A stretch of 60,309 bases of DNA, from the NCBI GenBank assembly GCA_022821775.1, contig JAJECY010000307.1, positions 1 through 60,309 on the forward strand, read 5' to 3'. The translations under genes and the position numbers were made by a program. Under the pieces are notes generated by a model that saw only the letters and a list, made by a program, of their open reading frames with translations, had not been told where the DNA came from and did not search any database. The DNA comes from Acidobacteriota bacterium. Lineage in GTDB: Bacteria > Acidobacteriota > Terriglobia > Versatilivoradales > Versatilivoraceae. Positions 36,134 to 45,230 of the stretch are shown here, piece after piece. Positions within the stretch are counted from its first letter, which is position 1; the number at the start of each line of letters is the position of its first letter.

Positions 36134-37495
36134 GTGCACCTGCAAGAGTTTCTGGAAACGCTGGCCAACCTGGTCTGGGGCCCCCCGATGCTGGCCCTGA
36201 CCGTGGGCACGGGCCTGTTCCTGACCGTCCGCTTGCGGGGACTTCAGTTCCGGAGGCTCTGGTCCTCCCTCTACCTGGCCCTGGTAACGCGCAGGGAGAG
36301 CGGAGCCCGGGGCGACGTCACCCACTTCCAGGCCCTGATGACCGCCCTGTCGGCAACGGTGGGCACCGGAAACATTGCCGGGGTGGCCACCGCCATCGTC
36401 TCCGGAGGCCCCGGGGCCCTGTTCTGGATGTGGGTGACCGGACTGGTGGGCATGGCCACCAAGTTCGCCGAAGCCCTGCTGGGGGTCAAGTACCGCATCC
36501 TGGGACCGCGCGGCGAAATGTCGGGCGGACCCATGCACTACCTGAGCCGGGGCTTCAATCAGCCGGTGCTGGCCGCCCTCTATGCCTTTCTGGCAGCCTT
36601 CACCCTCACCGTCGGCGGCAACATGACGCAGGCCCACTCCATCGCCGACGCCATGCAGGCCGGACTGGGAGTACCCACCCTCTGGACCGGCGCCGTTACG
36701 GCCGGCGCCACCGCGGTGGTCATCCTGGGCGGCATCCGCAGCATCGCCCGGGCAGCCAGCGCCTTGGTGCCCACCATGATCGTCATCTATTGCGCGGCCG
36801 GCCTGCTGGCCCTGGCGCTGCATTGGCAGGCGATTCCCTCGGTGCTGGCGGAGGTCTTCCGGGGAGCCTTCACGCCCGCCGCGGCCGTGGGGGGATTTGC
36901 CGGCGCCACCGTCCTGAGGGCCGTCCGCTATGGCGTGGCCCGCGGCGTCAACAGCAACGAGAGCGGCATGGGCACGGCCGGAATCGCCGCCGCTGCCGCC
37001 CAGACCCGCCATCCGGTGACCCAGGCCCTGGTTTCCATGACCCAGACCTTCATCGATACGCTGGTGGTGTGTTCGGTCACCGGCTTCATCATCCTGGGAA
37101 CCGGGGCCTGGAAAGGCGGAGCCAGCGGCGCAGCCCTGACAACGGCCGCCTTCCGGGAGGGCCTTCCCTCGTGGCTGCACGGGGACGTGATTGTCGCCTT
37201 GACGCTGCCCCTCTTCGCCTTTACCACCATCCTGGGCAACAACTACTATTCGGAGAAGGCCCTGGAATACCTCTTTGGCCACGGTCGCTTCGTGCCCTGG
37301 TACCGCTTGATCTGGGTCTGCCTGACCTTTCTGGGACCCATGCTTTCCCTGGAGACCCTGTGGACGTTTCTGGACGTGACCATCGGCAGCATGGTCCTGC
37401 CCAATCTGATCGGCCTGCTGGGCCTGAGCGGGATCGTGGCGGCCGAGACCCGAGGCTATTTTGCCGCGCGGCCGCAGACTTCCCGGGAGCGCTGA
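36134..37495 (+). CDS. Alanine/glycine:cation symporter (AGCS/AlsT family)
   Basis: [52 protein letters not shown]. Confidence 0.93.
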   Translation: MHLQEFLETLANLVWGPPMLALTVGTGLFLTVRLRGLQFRRLWSSLYLALVTRRESGARGDVTHFQALMTALSATVGTGNIAGVATAIVSGGPGALFWMWVTGLVGMATKFAEALLGVKYRILGPRGEMSGGPMHYLSRGFNQPVLAALYAFLAAFTLTVGGNMTQAHSIADAMQAGLGVPTLWTGAVTAGATAVVILGGIRSIARAASALVPTMIVIYCAAGLLALALHWQAIPSVLAEVFRGAFTPAAAVGGFAGATVLRAVRYGVARGVNSNESGMGTAGIAAAAAQTRHPVTQALVSMTQTFIDTLVVCSVTGFIILGTGAWKGGASGAALTTAAFREGLPSWLHGDVIVALTLPLFAFTTILGNNYYSEKALEYLFGHGRFVPWYRLIWVCLTFLGPMLSLETLWTFLDVTIGSMVLPNLIGLLGLSGIVAAETRGYFAARPQTSRER

Positions 37496-37640
37496 AGTCG
37501 TTCTTCTACAGGGCCTGGCCCGGCTACGCCGCTCTCCCCTGCTTCGATCAACCGGGAACGCCGCCGGTCCCGGTTGTTTGTGTAAAGGACTCAAGAAGGA
37601 CTGGAGGAATTGTGCTATTCTACAGGCGAGAGAACACGCC

Positions 37641-37973
37641 ATGGTCACCGCCGTCTTCGATACGCTGAAAGCCAGCCGTACCCTGAAGGCCGCCGGGGTC
37701 GCCGACGCCCAGGCCGAAGCTATTGTCACCACGATGGCTGGGGCCTTCGACGATGCCGTTGCCACCAAGGCCGACATCGCCGGAGTCAAGGTAGACATTT
37801 CCGAAGTCAAGGCCGACATCGCCGGAGTCAGGACGGAGCTGAAGTCCATGGCCACCAAGACCGAAATCGCTGAACTCAAGGCGGACATGCTCAAGGTAGC
37901 TATGGGTGTGGCGATCGCCGTCATCCTGGCCAACGCCACCATGACGATTGCCTTGATACGTTTCCTGCCTTAG
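37641..37973 (+). CDS. Small coiled-coil protein with C-terminal TM anchor (DUF1640/CCDC90-like)
   Basis: FDTLKASRTLKAAGV.DAQAEAI head, ATKADI heptads with a 42-bp-period nucleotide repeat (37766/37808), hydrophobic tail. Confidence 0.75.
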   Translation: MVTAVFDTLKASRTLKAAGVADAQAEAIVTTMAGAFDDAVATKADIAGVKVDISEVKADIAGVRTELKSMATKTEIAELKADMLKVAMGVAIAVILANATMTIALIRFLP

Positions 37974-38001
37974 CCATCTTCTCCAAATACAGCCCCGTTT
38001 A

Positions 38002-38910
38002 GTGACGGCCAGCGGTTTGAGCAGCCAGCGGACGTTATGGCAGTTCCAGGAGGTTGCCGGCCCCTTCGGTCTGACCGAGGGGCCCGCCTGGGACGGCGAG
38101 GCCCTGCTGTTCAGCAACCTCCCCCACAGCCGCATCCTGCGATACCACCCTCAAACGCAAAGGACGGAAATCTACCGGCAGGGCACCCGCATGGCCAACG
38201 GCCTGATGCTGGACAGGCGCGGCCGCATCCATGCCTGCGAAGCCGCCGGAAGATGCATCGCCTGCTACCACCCGGACGGGAGCCGGACGGTCATCGCCGG
38301 CGCCTTCCAGGGCAGCAGGCTCAACAGCCCCAACGACCTGGCCATCGACCCCAAGGGCCGCATCTGGTTCTCCGACCCCGACTACAGCAGCCACTGGGCC
38401 GAAGCCATCGGTCCGCCGGAGCTGGAACACAAGTCGATCTACCGGCTGGATCCCAGAACCGACGGAAGCTGGTCCATTCAACGCATGACCCACGACACCG
38501 CCCGTCCCAACGGCCTGCTGGTCACGCCGGATCTCCGGACACTCTACGTGGCCGAGAGCGACTTCCGGGGAGACCGCCAACTGCGAGCCTATCCCATCCT
38601 GGAAGACAGCGCCCTGGGCCCCTGCGAGGTCCTGTACGATTTCGCCCCCCACCGCGGGATCGACGGCATGTGTCTGGACGCCGAAGGCAACCTGGTGGCC
38701 GCGGCCGGCTGGGAGAAGAGCGGCCCGGGCGGCATGATCTACGTCTTCGACCCTGGGGGGCGCGTCCTGGAACGCCATCCGACCCCCTGCCAGCGGCCCA
38801 CCAACTGCAGTTGGGGCGGCCATGATCTGCGGACGCTCTACCTCACTTCCGTCTGCGGCCGACTGTACCGAATCGAGACCGGGCGGAAAGGCTGGCTGCT
38901 CTACCCCTGA
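38002..38910 (+). CDS. SMP-30/gluconolactonase family protein
   Basis: TEGPAW, ANGL, LNSPNDL, IWFSDP, PNGL, DGMCLD, PTNCSWGG. Confidence 0.9.
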   Translation: MTASGLSSQRTLWQFQEVAGPFGLTEGPAWDGEALLFSNLPHSRILRYHPQTQRTEIYRQGTRMANGLMLDRRGRIHACEAAGRCIACYHPDGSRTVIAGAFQGSRLNSPNDLAIDPKGRIWFSDPDYSSHWAEAIGPPELEHKSIYRLDPRTDGSWSIQRMTHDTARPNGLLVTPDLRTLYVAESDFRGDRQLRAYPILEDSALGPCEVLYDFAPHRGIDGMCLDAEGNLVAAAGWEKSGPGGMIYVFDPGGRVLERHPTPCQRPTNCSWGGHDLRTLYLTSVCGRLYRIETGRKGWLLYP

Positions 38911-38924
38911 AGAAGGATCTCGAC

Positions 38925-39686
38925 GTGCGCTCCAACAAGACCAAGGCCAAGCTCAAACGAGGAGAGTCGGTCTACGGCTGCTTCGTGCGCTATCCCGACC
39001 CCGCCCTGGTGGAGTTGCTGGCCCGCTTCGGGTGGGACTTCATGGTCTTCGAAAGCGAGCACGGCCGGCTGGACCCGCGCACCTGCGAGGAGATGGTGAG
39101 GGCGGCCGAGGTCAACGGCATCACCCCCATCGTGCGGGTGACCACCAATTCCCCCTCGATCATACTCAGATTTCTGGACACGGGCGCCCAGGGCATCATC
39201 GTTCCCCAGGTCAACTCGGCCGAAGAAGCCGAACGGGCGGTAGCGGCCGTCAAGTTCCAGCCTCGGGGCAATCGGGGACTGTCGGGATCTCGAGCCGCCG
39301 ATTACGGGCAGAGGCTCTCCCTTGGTGACCACGTCCTCCAGTCCAACCGGGAGATCCTGGTGGTCCTCTACGTGGAGACGGCGGAAGCGGTGCGGGAACT
39401 GCCGCGAATTCTGGCGGTGGAGGGCGTCGACGTGGTCAACGTGGGCCGCACCGATCTCTCCCAGTCGCTGGGCGTGCCCGGACAGCCCGAGCACCCCCGC
39501 ATGCGGCAATGCCTCCAGGAAATCCTGGCCGGCCTGCGCAACTCGCCGGTGGCCCTGGGGATCATGGCGGCCAACCCCGCGGCGGCCCGCCAGTGGCGCG
39601 CTCGGGGAGCACGCTACATCAGCATCAATCTGGAATCGCTACTGAAACAATCGGTGCAAGAGTTCCTGAGCGGTGCCCGCGGGTAA
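38925..39686 (+). CDS. HpcH/HpaI aldolase family protein
   Basis: DFMVFESEHG, LDTGAQGIIVPQV, KFQPRGNRG, VETAEAV, GRTDLS. Confidence 0.9.
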   Translation: MRSNKTKAKLKRGESVYGCFVRYPDPALVELLARFGWDFMVFESEHGRLDPRTCEEMVRAAEVNGITPIVRVTTNSPSIILRFLDTGAQGIIVPQVNSAEEAERAVAAVKFQPRGNRGLSGSRAADYGQRLSLGDHVLQSNREILVVLYVETAEAVRELPRILAVEGVDVVNVGRTDLSQSLGVPGQPEHPRMRQCLQEILAGLRNSPVALGIMAANPAAARQWRARGARYISINLESLLKQSVQEFLSGARG

Positions 39687-39741
39687 AGGGTGTTGACCCG
39701 CCCTCTTCGGGGCCGGATTCGCAGCCTGGGGCGTTGCGAGA

Positions 39742-40047
39742 GTCACCCCCGTCCCAAACCGATCGACGAGTGGCGACGACTGGAGAAGAGAGCCAGACCG
39801 GACCTCAAGGAACTCCTTCTCACGCCGGAGGCACGCACCGACGCACTGACGCCGCCCCGGCCGCAGCATCGCCACCGCAGGTCTCCCAGCTTCGAGTAAG
39901 TCCGTGTATCTGCTCGACACCAATGTTGTATCGGAACTGCGCCGTTTTCATCCGCATCCAAGCGTCGTCCGGCGGATTGAAGACGTATCCGCAGATGAAC
40001 TCTTTCTCCTGAATCCCTTCGACCGCGAATCCGAAATGCAGCGGTAG
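39742..40047 (+). pseudogene. Internally deleted copy of the Phd-VapC module at 41127-41993
   Basis: 39742-39758 matches 41127-41143; 39758-40009 is nearly identical to 41422-~41670; it then jumps to an NPF C-terminus. Confidence 0.88.
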
Positions 40048-40101
40048 GCTGGAGCAACCACCATCCACGGCGCGGGAACTCCCCGAGCTCTCCCTGTGGG
40101 G

Positions 40102-40232
40102 CGTGAATAGGGACGTTGTTGAATTACTGGAATTACTTGTAAAGAGCAGATAGGAGACCTCATTGAATCAAGGCCATTCGCCAGCGGCTGATCAAAGTTA
40201 TTCCAGTAGTTCAACAACGTCCCCGGCGCTCG
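40102..40232. mobile_element. MITE-like element, copy 1
   Basis: Terminal inverted repeats gggacgttgttgaattactggaat...attccagtagttcaacaacgtccc; near-identical to 40993-41124. Confidence 0.8.
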
Positions 40233-40234
40233 CA

Positions 40235-40612
40235 CTAAGGTATTCGCTTCCGATACCGAACCCCTTCGATCCCTTCGAAGTCTGAGTCCTGTGTCCAAAG
40301 TTCCGCGCCGTATTGGCGGGCGGTGGCGAGAATGACGCTGTCAGCCAGCGGTAGTCCCAGCTCTGCACTGAGACGGGCCGCGTTCAAAGCAATTGTTGCT
40401 TCCAGATTCACGATGGTCCCTTGCTGCATGACCGCTGCCGCCTCGAGCGCAGTGCTCTCGTCTCGTTGCTGGAGTACCCGTTTGAACACTTCGAAGAGAC
40501 TTAACGTAGGGACCACAAGCGCCTCTACGTCTTCGATAGGCTCCGCGAAGTAGGACGCGTTGGGTCCATCGGCGAAATACTCAAGCCACGCGCTGGAATC
40601 GACGACGTTCAT
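40235..40612 (-). CDS. vapC: VapC/PIN-domain toxin
   Basis: NVVDSSAWLE, LFEV, LADSVILATA, LWTQDSDF. Confidence 0.92.
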   Translation of the reverse strand: MNVVDSSAWLEYFADGPNASYFAEPIEDVEALVVPTLSLFEVFKRVLQQRDESTALEAAAVMQQGTIVNLEATIALNAARLSAELGLPLADSVILATARQYGAELWTQDSDFEGIEGVRYRKRIP

Positions 40613-40815
40613 TCCCGATCTCCCTCGCGTTCGACCTTCGTATCGATGCCTTTCAGAAAACCCCTCATCTCCAGGGCCGAGCGCACAGGAATGAGCTCAA
40701 TACGGCCGCCATAGGCAATCGCCTGGACCTTTTGGCCCGGCAGGAGGCCGAGCCGATCACGGATCTCCTTCGGAATGACTACCTGATACTTGGGCGAAAT
40801 GGTTACTGTTTGCAC
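40609..40815 (-). CDS. AbrB/MazE-fold antitoxin
   Basis: GGAGG precedes a GTG start; VTISPKYQVVIPKEIRDRLGL; 4-bp overlap with vapC; upstream palindrome cgatag-ag-ctatcg. Confidence 0.9.
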   Translation of the reverse strand: MQTVTISPKYQVVIPKEIRDRLGLLPGQKVQAIAYGGRIELIPVRSALEMRGFLKGIDTKVEREGDRE

Positions 40816-40992
40816 GGGTCCTCCATCGATAGAGCTATCGTAATACTGATATTGTATCAAACTCTCTCATGTAGGGTCGACTGAAAGGCTTCAGCGGGAG
40901 GGTGGTACGGATAAGTGTATTGGGGGAAACCAGGGAACGTTGTTGAATCAAAGGAAATCCTGGTTGGTATAGTAGGGCGAGAAGTACAGACA

Positions 40993-41124
40993 CGTGAATA
41001 GGGGACGTTGTTGAATTACTGGAATTAGTTGTAAAGAGCAGATAGGAGACGTCATTGAATCAAGGCCATTCACCAGCGGCTGATCGAAGTTATTCCAGTA
41101 ATTCAACAACGTCCCCGGCGCTCG
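40993..41124. mobile_element. MITE-like element, copy 2 (TIR-bounded core 41001-41116)
   Basis: Perfect 25-bp inverted repeats ggggacgttgttgaattactggaat (41001-41025) and attccagtaattcaacaacgtcccc (41092-41116). Confidence 0.85.
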
Positions 41125-41260
41125 GGGTCACCCCCGTCCCAAAAATCCCTGCATTTGGGCTCGAATTAATGCGACGGATAGACGTGCCATCGCGCCGGCG
41201 TGCGGCCTTGTGAATTGGCGTCACTCGGTCGGATCCGGGTTGCATTTTCAAGACAGGCAA

Positions 41261-41278
41261 ACTAGTCTTATGTCTAGT
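41261..41278. promoter_or_regulatory. Putative TA autoregulatory operator
   Basis: Inverted repeat ACTAG-n8-CTAGT just upstream of the antitoxin RBS (GGAGG). Confidence 0.4.
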
Positions 41279-41302
41279 CATTTTTGACGGAGGTAACGTC
41301 GC

Positions 41303-41563
41303 ATGAGCAGGACTTGGCAGGTGCAGGATGCCAAGGCGCGTTTCAGTGAGTTGCTTGAGAGAAGCTTGGCCGAAGGCCCCCAGATCGTGACCAAACGGGG
41401 TGTCGAGACAGCCGTGCTGGTACCGATCGACGAGTGGCGACGACTGGAGAAGAGAGCCAGACCGGACCTCAAGGAACTCCTTCTCACGCCGGAGGCACGC
41501 ACCGACGCACTGACGCCACCCCGGCCGCAGCATCGCCACCGCAGGTCTCCCAGCTTAGAGTAA
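41303..41563 (+). CDS. Phd/YefM family antitoxin
   Basis: WQVQDAKARFSELL...GPQIVTKRGVETAVLV. Confidence 0.92.
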   Translation: MSRTWQVQDAKARFSELLERSLAEGPQIVTKRGVETAVLVPIDEWRRLEKRARPDLKELLLTPEARTDALTPPRPQHRHRRSPSLE

Positions 41564-41567
41564 GTCC

Positions 41568-41993
41568 GTGTATCTGCTCGACACCAATGTTGTTTCGGAA
41601 CTGCGCCGTTTTCATCCGCATCCAAGCGTCGTCCGTTGGATTGAAGACGTATCCGCTGAAGAACTCTTCCTGTCCGCGGTAACTATCGGCGAAATCCAGG
41701 CGGGCATCGAACTCACGCGCGAGCAGGATGTCGCCAAGGCAGAAGAACTGGAAGCGTGGCTCAGCGCGGTGTTGGTCTCCTATAACGTCCTGCCAATGGA
41801 CGCAGACATATTCCGGGAATGGGCGCGACTCAAGCATCGCCGTTCCGACACGCTGCTGGAAGACGCCATGATCGCGGCGACGGCCATAGTACATAGGATG
41901 ACGATCGTGACCCGCAACGTGCGCGATTTTGACAAACTCGGGGCAGAACTCGTGAACCCCTTCGAACGTCCCTTTCGAAAGGATCAGCCGTGA
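41568..41993 (+). CDS. vapC: VapC/PIN-domain toxin
   Basis: YLLDTNVVSELR, SAVTIGEI, DAMIAATA, VTRNVRDF, NPF. Confidence 0.93.
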   Translation: MYLLDTNVVSELRRFHPHPSVVRWIEDVSAEELFLSAVTIGEIQAGIELTREQDVAKAEELEAWLSAVLVSYNVLPMDADIFREWARLKHRRSDTLLEDAMIAATAIVHRMTIVTRNVRDFDKLGAELVNPFERPFRKDQP

Positions 41994-42137
41994 AACTTTA
42001 CTACTGTCCCGAGACGGACAGTCTCTATGTTCGATCTCCATCCGACCTCTTTCAACTTTTGGTGTGAGCAAAGTTTCTCCAGCAACTCAACAACGTCCCC
42101 TTTTCCTTCGCCCGCGTGGAGAACTCCGGGCATACAT

Positions 42138-44093
42138 ATGATTCGACTTTCCGCGGCCAGAAAACACTTCGGCTCCAAGAGCCTATTCGAAGATCTCGAC
42201 TGGCTCATCACGCCGACGGATCGCATTGGACTGGTGGGCGGGAACGGGACAGGCAAGACAACACTGCTGAAGATCCTGGGGGGGATGGAGCCCCTGGATG
42301 GCGGTCTGTTTTCTGCGCCGAAAGATATTACCGCCGGATACCTTCCTCAGGATGGCCTGTCACTGTCAGGGCGCACGGTTCTGGAAGAATGCCTCTCTGT
42401 CTTTGGCGATCTGCTCGAACTCGAGGAAGAAATGAAAGCCCTGACTCACCAGATGGCGGAAGTCGATCCGCGCAGCGATGAGTACGGCCGGATCACGGAG
42501 CGTTATCACCGGATCGAGACCGAATTCCAGGGTCGGGACGGCTACTCATTGGAGGCGCAGGCCGGCACGGTACTGAATGGCCTGGGCTTTGCGCCCGCAG
42601 ATTTGAACCGTCCGACGGAATCACTCTCCGGCGGCTGGCAAATGCGCGTGGCGCTGGCCAAGCTCTTGCTGGTCAAGCCCAAGCTCCTCTTGCTGGACGA
42701 GCCGACCAATCACCTCGATCTCGAGGCCCGCAACTGGTTGCAACAGTATCTGAATGAGTATCCGCACGCCTTCGTGCTGGTCTCCCACGACCGTTACATG
42801 CTGGATGCCACGGTGAACAAGATTCTCGAGTTGTGGAATCGTCGCGCCTACTCTTACAGCGGCAACTACGAACGCTACCTGGCACAGAAGTCCGCGCGCC
42901 AAGCGCAACTTCAGGCGGCCTATCGCAACCAGCGGGAAAAGATCGAACGCCTTGAACTCTTCATCAATCGCTTCCGCTACCAGGCCACCAGGGCGAAGCA
43001 GGTACAGAGCCGAATCAAGGAGCTCGAGAAGATCAAACGGATCGAATTACCCGCCCGGGAAAAGACGATCCGATTCGAGTTTCCTCAGCCGCCCAGGAGC
43101 GGACGCATGGTGGCCGAGTTTCGCGGGGTCGCCAAGAGCTATGAAGGCAAACAAGTTTTCCACGGCATGAGCTTCGTCATCAACCGCGGGGATCGCATAG
43201 GCCTGGTGGGGGTGAATGGAGCGGGGAAGTCCACGCTGATCAAGATACTGGCGGGAAGCGAACCCGTGACGGCAGGTGAATTTCGGCTGGGACACAACGT
43301 GAAGGTCGACCATTTCGCACAGGACCAGTACAAGGAGCTCGACCCTGGCGCCCGCCTGATCGACGATGTCTCCAGCATCGCACCCAGTGCCCTGAGCGAC
43401 CGGACGCAACTGCGCACGCTGCTCGGCTGCTTCCTGTTTTCCAGTGACGAGGTCTTCAAACAGATCCGCGTTCTTTCGGGTGGCGAGCGCAACCGCTATG
43501 CGCTCCTCCGCATGTTGCTGCGGCCTCGAAATTTTCTGTTGCTCGACGAGCCCACCAACCACCTCGACCTGCGAGCCAAGGACGTACTGCTCGAAGCCCT
43601 GCAAGAGTTCAGTGGGACGGTAGTCTTTGTTTCCCACGATCGTTACTTCATCGACAAGCTGGCAACGCGGATCTTTGAGATCGATGGCGGCAGGTTCCAG
43701 GACTATTCCGGCAATTATGAAGACTACTTGCGGCAAAAGGACCAGGTCACGCTCCAACAGGACGATCGAGAGGAGCCGCCGGGCGCAGAGAATTCAGGGA
43801 GATCCGGCGACCGGAATGGAACACCGTTGCGACGGAACAAGATAAATCCTGTTCTGGTGCGGAGAATGAAGGAGCGGCACCAGGGGTTGGAGGAAGAAAT
43901 CACCCGGTGTGAAGTGGAAATTGCCACGCAGGAGTCGGATTTGGGCACTTTCAAGAGTGCAACGGAATCCATCCGCCTCGTCAAACTGGTGGAGCGCAAT
44001 CGCAAGCGGTTGGATGAAATGATCAGAGAGTGGGAGGAACTTTCGAGAACTCTGGAAGAATCGGACAGGAAGTCTTCCGTATTACGGAGTTAA
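42138..44093 (+). CDS. ABC-F family ATPase
   Basis: Two ABC cassettes (GGNGTGKT/LSGGW/LLLDEPTNHLD and GVNGAGKS/LSGGE/LLLDEPTNHLD), no TM domain, C-terminal coiled coil. Confidence 0.94.
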   Translation: MIRLSAARKHFGSKSLFEDLDWLITPTDRIGLVGGNGTGKTTLLKILGGMEPLDGGLFSAPKDITAGYLPQDGLSLSGRTVLEECLSVFGDLLELEEEMKALTHQMAEVDPRSDEYGRITERYHRIETEFQGRDGYSLEAQAGTVLNGLGFAPADLNRPTESLSGGWQMRVALAKLLLVKPKLLLLDEPTNHLDLEARNWLQQYLNEYPHAFVLVSHDRYMLDATVNKILELWNRRAYSYSGNYERYLAQKSARQAQLQAAYRNQREKIERLELFINRFRYQATRAKQVQSRIKELEKIKRIELPAREKTIRFEFPQPPRSGRMVAEFRGVAKSYEGKQVFHGMSFVINRGDRIGLVGVNGAGKSTLIKILAGSEPVTAGEFRLGHNVKVDHFAQDQYKELDPGARLIDDVSSIAPSALSDRTQLRTLLGCFLFSSDEVFKQIRVLSGGERNRYALLRMLLRPRNFLLLDEPTNHLDLRAKDVLLEALQEFSGTVVFVSHDRYFIDKLATRIFEIDGGRFQDYSGNYEDYLRQKDQVTLQQDDREEPPGAENSGRSGDRNGTPLRRNKINPVLVRRMKERHQGLEEEITRCEVEIATQESDLGTFKSATESIRLVKLVERNRKRLDEMIREWEELSRTLEESDRKSSVLRS

Positions 44094-44148
44094 GCGGTCT
44101 CCATGTCGTGTTGTTGTACCCCATATCCCTCGAGGACGGCACGCCCCC

Positions 44149-45156
44149 TCACCTCACCAACCACCGGATCGGGTAGTGCCCCTGGCTCCGTTCGAACTTC
44201 AGGGTGTAGGGGTTGAGCAGCAGGCGGGCTACGTATCCGTCGGTGCGGGCCATCAGCCATCCGAAGTCCCACCCCCGACTCTCGTACTGCAACGGCACCC
44301 CAGGCTTGACCCGGACCAGGGGATGGCTTCCGGCGATGAACAGCCGCTGCTCCGTATAGTAGTAGTTGGACCCGGTCTTGACGAAGACCTCGTGGTCGAC
44401 GGTCTCCTCGTCCCGGCCCGCCAGGTCGGCGCAGAGCCCCCGGACGGCCACCTTGACTTCTTTCCCGTCCGCCACCTGCCGGCCCAGCTCCACGGCTGAG
44501 CCCGAGAGCACCTTCCCCTCGGCGGTGTGGGCCAGCACCTCCTCCCAATCGTCCCTCACCAGGTAGTCGAAGAGATCGAAATCGTAGATGAAGTTGCTGC
44601 TGGGGGCATTGGTTCCCTGGTCCCAGCCGTCCAGTTGGTGGTACTTGGGCATGCTGCCATGGTCGGCCGGTTCCGACGGACCCGGCTGGGCCGTGATCTC
44701 TCCCCCGTCCAGATAGGGGCGGGCGATGGCCTGGCGGCCGTCCTGGTTGTAGAGGAAGAAGGACATGGAGGGCCGGGACCCGAAGCCGTCCGGCAGGCTG
44801 ATGGGCTGGCGCAGGGTCATGATTCCCGCCACCCACCGGTCCTCGAGCAGATAGGTGCCGGCAAACTCCGCCACTTCCTCGATCAACTCGGCGCTGTCGG
44901 AGCCGGTATCGATGTGTTCGTTGTTCTTGAATTCAGTCTTGATGCGCAAGTCCGCCCCCCGGCGGATGGCCGCCGCCAGCGCCTCCCCGCTTCCCGAGAC
45001 CGGCTTTCTGGAGGCATCCAGCCGGAGGGCGGACTTCCAGGGGTTTTCTTTCTCCCGCGGCTTGGCGCAGCCGGCCAGGCTCGCCAGGGCCGACCCCGCC
45101 AAACTCCCCAAACCGGCTCCCAGCAACCGCCTGCGGCCTTGTCCCTTGAATGTCAT
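44149..45156 (-). CDS. Hypothetical Tat-exported lipoprotein with internal duplication
   Basis: GRRRLL twin-arginine motif plus LAGC lipobox; two similar units (WKSALRLD...VSGSGEALAAAIRRGADLRI and WEEVLAHT...LSGSAVELGRQVADGKEVKV). Confidence 0.7.
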   Translation of the reverse strand: MTFKGQGRRRLLGAGLGSLAGSALASLAGCAKPREKENPWKSALRLDASRKPVSGSGEALAAAIRRGADLRIKTEFKNNEHIDTGSDSAELIEEVAEFAGTYLLEDRWVAGIMTLRQPISLPDGFGSRPSMSFFLYNQDGRQAIARPYLDGGEITAQPGPSEPADHGSMPKYHQLDGWDQGTNAPSSNFIYDFDLFDYLVRDDWEEVLAHTAEGKVLSGSAVELGRQVADGKEVKVAVRGLCADLAGRDEETVDHEVFVKTGSNYYYTEQRLFIAGSHPLVRVKPGVPLQYESRGWDFGWLMARTDGYVARLLLNPYTLKFERSQGHYPIRWLVR

Positions 45157-45230
45157 CGGCAGACCCTCCCTTTCTTACGGTTTCACTCGACTCCCACGTC
45201 TCAGCGGGCCGCACTCGGCGCCATGAAGAC

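Noticed and set aside
40102-41124. Integron attC sites or CRISPR repeats
   Set aside because: The arms run GTT...AAC rather than RYYYAAC...GTTRRRY and are near-perfect without extrahelical bases; no intI is present. Only two long copies separated by genes, and no cas genes, so not CRISPR.
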